In this document: positions 58,078 to 64,000 of the stretch, in pieces | Position numbering within the stretch: the first letter of the stretch is position 1 | How the letters are laid out: the number at the start of each line of letters is the position of its first letter | From: an uncultured Actinomycetes bacterium | GTDB taxonomy: Bacteria > Actinomycetota > Thermoleophilia > UBA2241 | Direction: 5' to 3' | Assembly: GCA_963755025.1 (NCBI GenBank) | Contig: CAVWIH010000026.1 | Span: 40,775 to 104,774 of the forward strand | DNA: 64,000 nt | Notes under the pieces: generated by a model | Told to the model about the DNA's origin: nothing | The model's database searches: none | The model's input: the letters and a program-made list of their open reading frames with translations, nothing else | Program-made: the position numbers and the translations under genes

Positions 58078-58271
58078 CGTCGTCAGGCAGGAGTGTATCA
58101 GCGTCGGCCCGGAGGGGCCGACCACGGCCCGCGAGTGCGCCGTCGCCTTCGGCGGTGTAGGCTCGGCACTGATGGCCGCGCGGCGTGGACCGCTCCGGCC
58201 ATGCCCGCGGACGGCGCAGTCGTCACGAGCAGGGCCGTGGGCGCGGCGAACGTTCCAACGAGAGGGGCCGG

Positions 58272-60081
58272 GTGGACTTCTACACGGGCGAGGTGCTGCG
58301 CATCGACATGACCGCGCAGTGCGCTACGGTCGAGCCGCTGAACACCGACTGGGCGGCGCTGTACGTCGGGGGCAAGGGTCTGCTGTTCCGGTACCTGTGG
58401 GAGTACGTGCCGCCCGGGGTCGATCCCGGGTCGCCCGAGAACCCGCTCTTTCTCATGACCGGGCCGTTCGCCGGCACCAACGTCTCGACGACCTCGCGCC
58501 TGGTGGTGGGCGCCAAAAGCCCCACGACGGGCATCCTGAACGACAGCTACGTCGGCGGCTCCTTCGCGCCCGAGATGAAGTTCGCAGGCTACGACGCGAT
58601 CATCGTCGTCGGCAAGGCGCCGCAGCCCACGATCGTCACGATCCGCAACGACGTCGTCGAGTTCCTGCCCGCCGAGCCCAAGTACTGGGGCATGAAGACC
58701 TCTGAGATCGAGCAGGCCCTGCGCGACGACTTCGACCCAGAGGCCAAGACCCTGTCCATCGGGCCGGCCGGCGAGACGCCAACCCCTGGGCCTGCCTGTC
58801 GACCGACCAGTATCACAAGGCCGGCCGGGGCGGTCACGGCGCCCTTATGGGCTCCAAGAACCTCAAGGCGATCGCCGTGCGCGGTACCGGCAGCGTGACG
58901 GTCGGCGACGCGGGGCGTTCCTCGCCGACATGGAGCGCATCCAGCGCGAGTTCGTGCTGACCGACGACAACCTCTGGGCACACGAAGAAGGCACGCCGAT
59001 CCTGGTCGATCTCGTCAACGCCGCCGGCGCCATGCCCACGCGCAACTGGTCGGCGGGCGTACTTCGAGGGCGCCAAGAACTGAACTCCGAATCGTTCCAG
59101 AAGATCCGCGTCAAGAAGCGCGCCTGCTACCAGTGCGCCATCGGCTGCCGCAACGTGCACGCCGCCACGTGGCACGGCGCCAAGGTCATGGGCGAGGGTC
59201 CCGAGTACGAGACCATCGCCCTGGGCGGCGCCAACTGCGGCATCGACGACATCGACGCGCTCATGAAGTTCAACGACGAGTGCGACCAGTGGGGCCTCGA
59301 CACGATCTCCTCCGGCGCCGTGATCGGCCTCGCCATGGACATGACCGAAAAGGGCATCCACGACTTCGGCGTGCGCTTCGGCGAGAGCGAGCGGTACGTG
59401 CAGCTGCCGGGCCTGATCGCCCGCAAGGAGGGCGTCGGCGCCGAGCTGGCGCTGGGCGTGCGCAAGCTTTGCGCGAAGTACGGTGTGCCCGAGCTCTCGA
59501 TGGAGGTCAAGAACCTCGAGATGCCCGGCTACGACCCGCGAGGCGCCTTCGGCATGAGCATCAGCTACGCCACGTCCGACCGCGGCGGCTGCCACATGCG
59601 CACCTACTCGGTCGGCGACGAGATCCTCTCGGGCGCCGTGCCGGCCGCCACCATGGAGGGCAAGGTCGAGGGCGCGATCGGCAACCGCCCGCCGACTTCA
59701 TCAGCCAGAACTTCAGCTCGATCAAGTTCTGCGGCATCTGGTGCGACTTCTGGGCGGTCAACCCCGGCCAGGTCTCGCAGATGCTCATGCACCTCTACGA
59801 CCGGCGAGCTGTCCGAAGACGAGGTCATGCTCATCGGCGAGCGCGTCTGGAACCTCGGTCGCCTGTTCAACCTGCGCGAAGGCGTCGAAGCCGACACGCT
59901 GCCCAAGAAGCTCTACAGCGAAGAGTGCGCCCACACGAGCGGGCCGTCGGCCGGGCAGGCGATCGGCGAAGCGACCTGGATCGAGTCGCTGCGGCGCTAC
60001 TACGAGCTGCGCGGCTGGGACGACCGGGGCGTGCCCACCGAGGCAAAGCTCACCGAGCTCGGCGTCGACGTCCGCCTGTAG
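58272..60081 (+). CDS. Aldehyde:ferredoxin oxidoreductase (AOR family), frameshifted
   Basis: GGKGL, AKSPTTG, IGPAGE, MGSKNLKAI, EGPEYET, GLDTIS, YDPRG, RGGCH, YY.LRGWD. Confidence 0.9.
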
Positions 60082-60108
60082 GCGGCACCGAAAGGACAGG
60101 GAGACGTC

Positions 60109-60610
60109 ATGCCCCACGTCATGATCGCACGCAAGAAGTGCACCGCCTGCCACATGTGCGAGTTGGCCTGCTCGCTCTACCACGAAGGCGCCTACCGGCC
60201 GTCGCTGGCCCGGCTGCGCTCCGAGTGCAACCCCACGACGACCGAGATCAAGGGCTTCACCTGCCTGCAGACGGGCTGCGCCAAGTGCCAGAAGGCGTGT
60301 CCTGCCGGCGCCATCACCACCAGGGCGGTCCCGCTCAAGCTCGACGGCGCCTTCGACAGCGCCGCCAGGTTCGAGGGGCGTCGCGCAAGGCCATGTGTTG
60401 ATCGTCGATGAGGACAAGTGCACGAACTGTGGCGACTGCTACGACGTCTGCCCCTACGGCGTGATCCACGAGCACCCCGAGCGCAAGGTCGCCTTCAAGT
60501 GCGACCTGTGCGACGGCACGCCGCAGTGCATCGTCTTCTGCCAGAACCCGCACGTGCTGGCCGTCGACCTCAAGCTCGACAAGGCCGACCGGCCGCCAAG
60601 ACCGGAGTAG
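60109..60610 (+). CDS. 4Fe-4S dicluster protein partnered with AOR (frameshift ~60385)
   Basis: CTACHMCELAC, CQKACP, CTNCGDCYDVCP, KCDLCDGTPQC. Confidence 0.85.
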
Positions 60611-60620
60611 CAGACCCGCC

Positions 60621-61412
60621 GTGGCCTCGACGCCCGTCCCCGACAGGTACTCGCGGCAGGTCCTTTTCGGCGGCATCGGCGCCGAAGGCCAGCGGGCCGT
60701 CATGCAGGCGCGCGTGGCCGTCGTCGGCTGCGGCGGCCTGGGCTCGCTGCAGGCCATGCTGCTCGTGCGCGCCGGCGTCGGCTTCGTGCGCCTGATCGAT
60801 CGCGACTTCGTCGAAGAGAGCAACCTGCAGCGCCAGCTCCTGTACACCGAAGACGACGCGCGCACCGTGCAGCCCAAGGCGGCCGGGCCGCTCGGGCCCT
60901 GCGGCTGGTCAACTCGCAGGTGGAGATCGAAGGGCTGGTCGACGACCTGACTCACGAAAGCGCCGCCCGGCTGCTCGGTGGCGTCGACCTCATCCTCGAC
61001 GCCACCGACAACTTCGCCGCTCGCTACCTGCTGAACGACTACGCGGTCGAGACCGGCACGCCGTGGATCTACGGGGCCTGCGTGGCCTCGTACGGCGTGA
61101 CCTTCACCGTCGTGCCCGGCGAGACCGCCTGCCTGCGTTGCGTGTTCGAAAGCGCGCCGCCGCTCGAGTCGAGCGCCGACCTGCGACACGGCCGGCGTGC
61201 TGAGCCCGATCGTCGGCGCCGTGGCCTCGCTGCAGGTCGCCGAAGCGCTCAAGCTCGCCGCCGGGCGCCGCGCCGCTCTCAGCCACAAGATCACCATGCT
61301 CGACGTCTGGCAGAACACCAACGACGAGGTCGCCTTGCCCGACGCCGACCCTAGCTGCCCCTGCTGTGGGCAGCGCCGCTTCGACTATCTCGAGGGGCGC
61401 GAGGGCCGCTAG
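60621..61412 (+). CDS. moeB: MoeB/ThiF-family adenylyltransferase, frameshifted
   Basis: RYSRQ, VGCGGLG, SNLQRQ, DATDN, CLRC, CPCC. Confidence 0.82.
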
Positions 61413-61446
61413 ACACGGGCGTCGGGGCCGTCGGCGGCGAAGGGCC

Positions 61447-61713
61447 TTAGCCGCCGGCGATCGGCGGCACGATGCGGATCACGTCGCCGTCGGCGACCGG
61501 CGTGGCAAAGCCCCCCAGGCTGCGCATGTTGCGGTCGTTGACGAAGACGCCGACGTACAGCTTGCCGTCCCTGAAGATGCGCGCCTCGAGGCGCGGTTCG
61601 GCGGCGATGGCAGCCTTGACCACAGCTTCGACCGTCGCGCCCTCGCATTCGAGGTCTCTCCGGGGGCCCGGGTGCGTGACGCCGAGCGGCAACCTCACGC
61701 GGACCTTGGCCAT
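61447..61713 (-). CDS. moaD: MoaD/ThiS sulfur-carrier protein
   Basis: VFVND...DGDVIRIVPPIAGG with C-terminal diglycine. Confidence 0.85.
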   Translation of the reverse strand: MAKVRVRLPLGVTHPGPRRDLECEGATVEAVVKAAIAAEPRLEARIFRDGKLYVGVFVNDRNMRSLGGFATPVADGDVIRIVPPIAGG

Positions 61714-61840
61714 CGACGATCCTCCTCGTACCGGTTTGCGACGCGACTCCTCGCCGGCATTGTAACAGGGCGGCCGTGGCGGGGCCGGGGGCGGTCGCAT
61801 GACCGTGGCGCCGCCGCACGACCGGGGCGCCCGGCGGCGC

Positions 61841-62899
61841 TCAGGCCGGGTAGACCACCACCTCGGTAGCCTTCACCGAGGCCCACACGGGACCGCCGTC
61901 GTCCAGGTGCAGGGCGCTCACAGCCGCCGGCGTGACCTCGGCCACGAGCGGCACGGCGCCGCCGACCTGCACGCGCACGCGGTCGCCGGCGACCTCGAGC
62001 CCTTCGGCCGTGCCGGGCCAGACGTTGCGCGGCGAGCCTTGCGGGCGCTCGCGGTAGAGCGCGACGGCTCGCGGGTGGACGGCCGCGAAGACCTCGCCCA
62101 CCAGATGGTCGTCGTCGACGGCGACGAGCTGATCGCCGCCGGCGAGCTCGACCACACCGGCGGCGGCGCGCCCGCGCAGCAGGTTGAGTCCGACGAGGTC
62201 GGCGACGTAGCGCGAGCGCGGCCGCGAACGCACTTCGTCGGGGGTCCCGGTCTGGGTCACGTGTCCCGCTTCGACGACGATCAGCTTCTCGGTCATGGTC
62301 ATGGCCTCGAGTGGGTCGTGGGTGACGAGCAGGCAGGACCCAGCGAACGAGGCGAGATGTGCGCGCAGCTCGCGCCGCAGGTCGGCGCGCGCCCCGGCGT
62401 CGAGGGCCGACAGCGGTTCGTCGAGCAGCAGCAGTCGCGGGTCGGTCACCAGGGCGCGGGCCAGCGCCACGCGCTGCGCCTGGCCGCCCGACAGCGACTT
62501 GGGCCGCGACTCGAGCTGCCCGGCCAGGCCGAGTCGCGCGAGCCACTCGGCGGCGTGCCGGCGCGCGTCGGCGCGCGACACGCCGCGGGAGCGCAGCCCG
62601 AAGGCGACGTTCTCGAGGGCCGACAGGTGCGGGAACAGCAGGTAGTCCTGAAAGACCAGGCCGATGTGGCGGCGATCGGGCGGCACGCGGATGCCGGCGG
62701 CGGGGTCGTCGAGCACGTCGTCGTCCAGCACGACGCGGCCGCCGCTCAGCGGCGTCAGGCCGGCGAGGGCGCGCAGCAGGGTGGTCTTGCCGGCCGCGTT
62801 GGGGCCCAGCAGGCCGACCACCTCGCCGCTCGCGGCGTCGAGCGCGGCGTCGACCGCGAGCGTGCCCACCTGCAGGGCGATGGCCGCCTGCAGGCTCAT
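61841..62899 (-). CDS. modC: Molybdate/tungstate ABC transporter ATPase with TOBE domain
   Basis: GPNAAGKTT, LSGGQAQR, GSPRN TOBE region. Confidence 0.9.
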   Translation of the reverse strand: MSLQAAIALQVGTLAVDAALDAASGEVVGLLGPNAAGKTTLLRALAGLTPLSGGRVVLDDDVLDDPAAGIRVPPDRRHIGLVFQDYLLFPHLSALENVAFGLRSRGVSRADARRHAAEWLARLGLAGQLESRPKSLSGGQAQRVALARALVTDPRLLLLDEPLSALDAGARADLRRELRAHLASFAGSCLLVTHDPLEAMTMTEKLIVVEAGHVTQTGTPDEVRSRPRSRYVADLVGLNLLRGRAAAGVVELAGGDQLVAVDDDHLVGEVFAAVHPRAVALYRERPQGSPRNVWPGTAEGLEVAGDRVRVQVGGAVPLVAEVTPAAVSALHLDDGGPVWASVKATEVVVYPA

Positions 62900-62936
62900 G
62901 CGCGCCCTCGCGACGCGGCCGGTCGGGCGGCGCCGC

Positions 62937-63761
62937 TCACAGGTTGCCGAACCAGTGGTCGCGCAGCGCGACGAGCACCACCAGCGAGATGACGAGCATC
63001 ACCAGGCTGAGGGCGATGGCGGCGCCGAGGTTGTTCTGCAGCGCGACGTAGACGGCCAGCGGCATGGTCTGGGTGGTGCCGGGCAGGTTGCCGGCAAAGG
63101 TGATCGTGGCGCCGAACTCGCCGAGGGCGCGCGCCCAGCACAGGGCGGCGCCGGCGCCCAACGAGGGCGCGATCAACGGCAGGGTGACGCGCCGAAAGGT
63201 CGTCCAGCGACCGGCGCCCAAGGTGGCGGCCGCGTCTTCGTAGCGCTGCCCGAGGGAGCGCAGCCCCGCCTCGACGGTGATCACCAGGAAGGGCATGGCG
63301 ACGAAGGTCTCGGCCATGATGGCCGCCGTCGTGGTGAACGGCAGGGTGATGCCGAAGGCGCGATCGAGCCACTGCCCGATGAGGCCGTAGCGGCCGAAGG
63401 CCAGCAGCAGGGCGACGCCGCCCACGACCGGCGGCAGCACCATAGGCAGGATCACGACGGCGCGCGCGATGTTGCGGCCCGGGAACGAGACCCGGGCGAA
63501 CACCCAGGCGAGCGGCACGCCGATCACGGCCGACACCGCGACGGCGGCGACCGAGCACTCCAGGGAGAGCCGCAAGGCGGTCGCCACGCCGGGCGCGGCG
63601 AGGTCGGCGGGGAGTTGGCGCCAGGGCGCCCGCACGACCAGGCCGACGATCGGCAGCGCCAGAAAGACGATGGCGACGGCGGCCAGCGGACGAAGCGAGC
63701 GCGCGCCGCGGGCCGGGCGCGCACGCGCCCGGCCCGCTCGTCGGCTCAGACCGACGTGCAC
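62937..63761 (-). CDS. modB: Molybdate ABC transporter permease
   Basis: LPMVLPPVVGG, WARALGEFGATITFAGN. Confidence 0.92.
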   Translation of the reverse strand: MHVGLSRRAGRARARPARGARSLRPLAAVAIVFLALPIVGLVVRAPWRQLPADLAAPGVATALRLSLECSVAAVAVSAVIGVPLAWVFARVSFPGRNIARAVVILPMVLPPVVGGVALLLAFGRYGLIGQWLDRAFGITLPFTTTAAIMAETFVAMPFLVITVEAGLRSLGQRYEDAAATLGAGRWTTFRRVTLPLIAPSLGAGAALCWARALGEFGATITFAGNLPGTTQTMPLAVYVALQNNLGAAIALSLVMLVISLVVLVALRDHWFGNL

Positions 63762-63774
63762 GTCGCCGGCTCCC

Positions 63775-64000
63775 TTACTTGGGCGGCGGACCGAACCCCG
63801 CGGGCCTTCAGCAGGGCCTGGCCCTGACTGCCCAGCACGAAGCTCGTGAACTGCTGGGCGACCGAGGCGCTCTTCGAGGCTTTGACCACCGCGATCGGGT
63901 AGGTGGGGATGGGCTGCGCCGAGGTGGGGATGTCGATGGTCTTGACGTGATCGCCGGCGGCCATGGCGTCGGTCACGTAGGCGAAGCCCGCGTCGGCGTT
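63775..64000 (-). CDS. modA: Molybdate-binding protein, C-terminal part (5' end outside window)
   Basis: ADAGFAYVTD, YPIAVVKAS, FVLGSQGQALL. Confidence 0.85.

Overview
Very GC-rich bacterial DNA. The tetrameric glyQ/glyS and the glyQ-glyS-ppdK...dnaG-rpoD-tRNA order suggest a deep-branching, probably anaerobic actinobacterium such as Thermoleophilia (inference). Many genes carry frameshifts typical of unpolished long-read assemblies, so several coordinates are reconstructed across frames. Layout: (1) 1-10.7 kb: IPT/TIG surface-protein paralogues, a coiled-coil MMPL, two tiny tandem 'ASGA-xxKWx' peptide genes behind a sigma28-like promoter, and mazEF; (2) 10.9-22.2 kb: core genes glyQS, ppdK, dnaG, rpoD and tRNA-Asn; (3) 22.4-28 kb: an arsenic/mercury island in which acr3-arsR-hgcA-hgcB form one tightly coupled operon, and HgcA carries four N-terminal Cys-Cys pairs; (4) 28-42 kb: fumC, malic enzyme, DUF4331, epoxide hydrolase, a PAS/HD-GYP protein, a truncated cytochrome c peroxidase and a copper-type cassette; (5) 42-64 kb: an anaerobic catabolic cluster (non-pyrrolysine MttB, CoA transferase, acyl-CoA dehydrogenase, FixCX/ETF, NDP-forming acyl-CoA synthetase, UbiA/MenG, AOR, Moco/Wco genes, modABC). 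Most novel-looking signals: the twin peptide genes, two copies of a covarying ~100-nt attenuator-like leader RNA flanking a DUF3870 gene, and a repeated upstream box plus sigma28-like promoter module.
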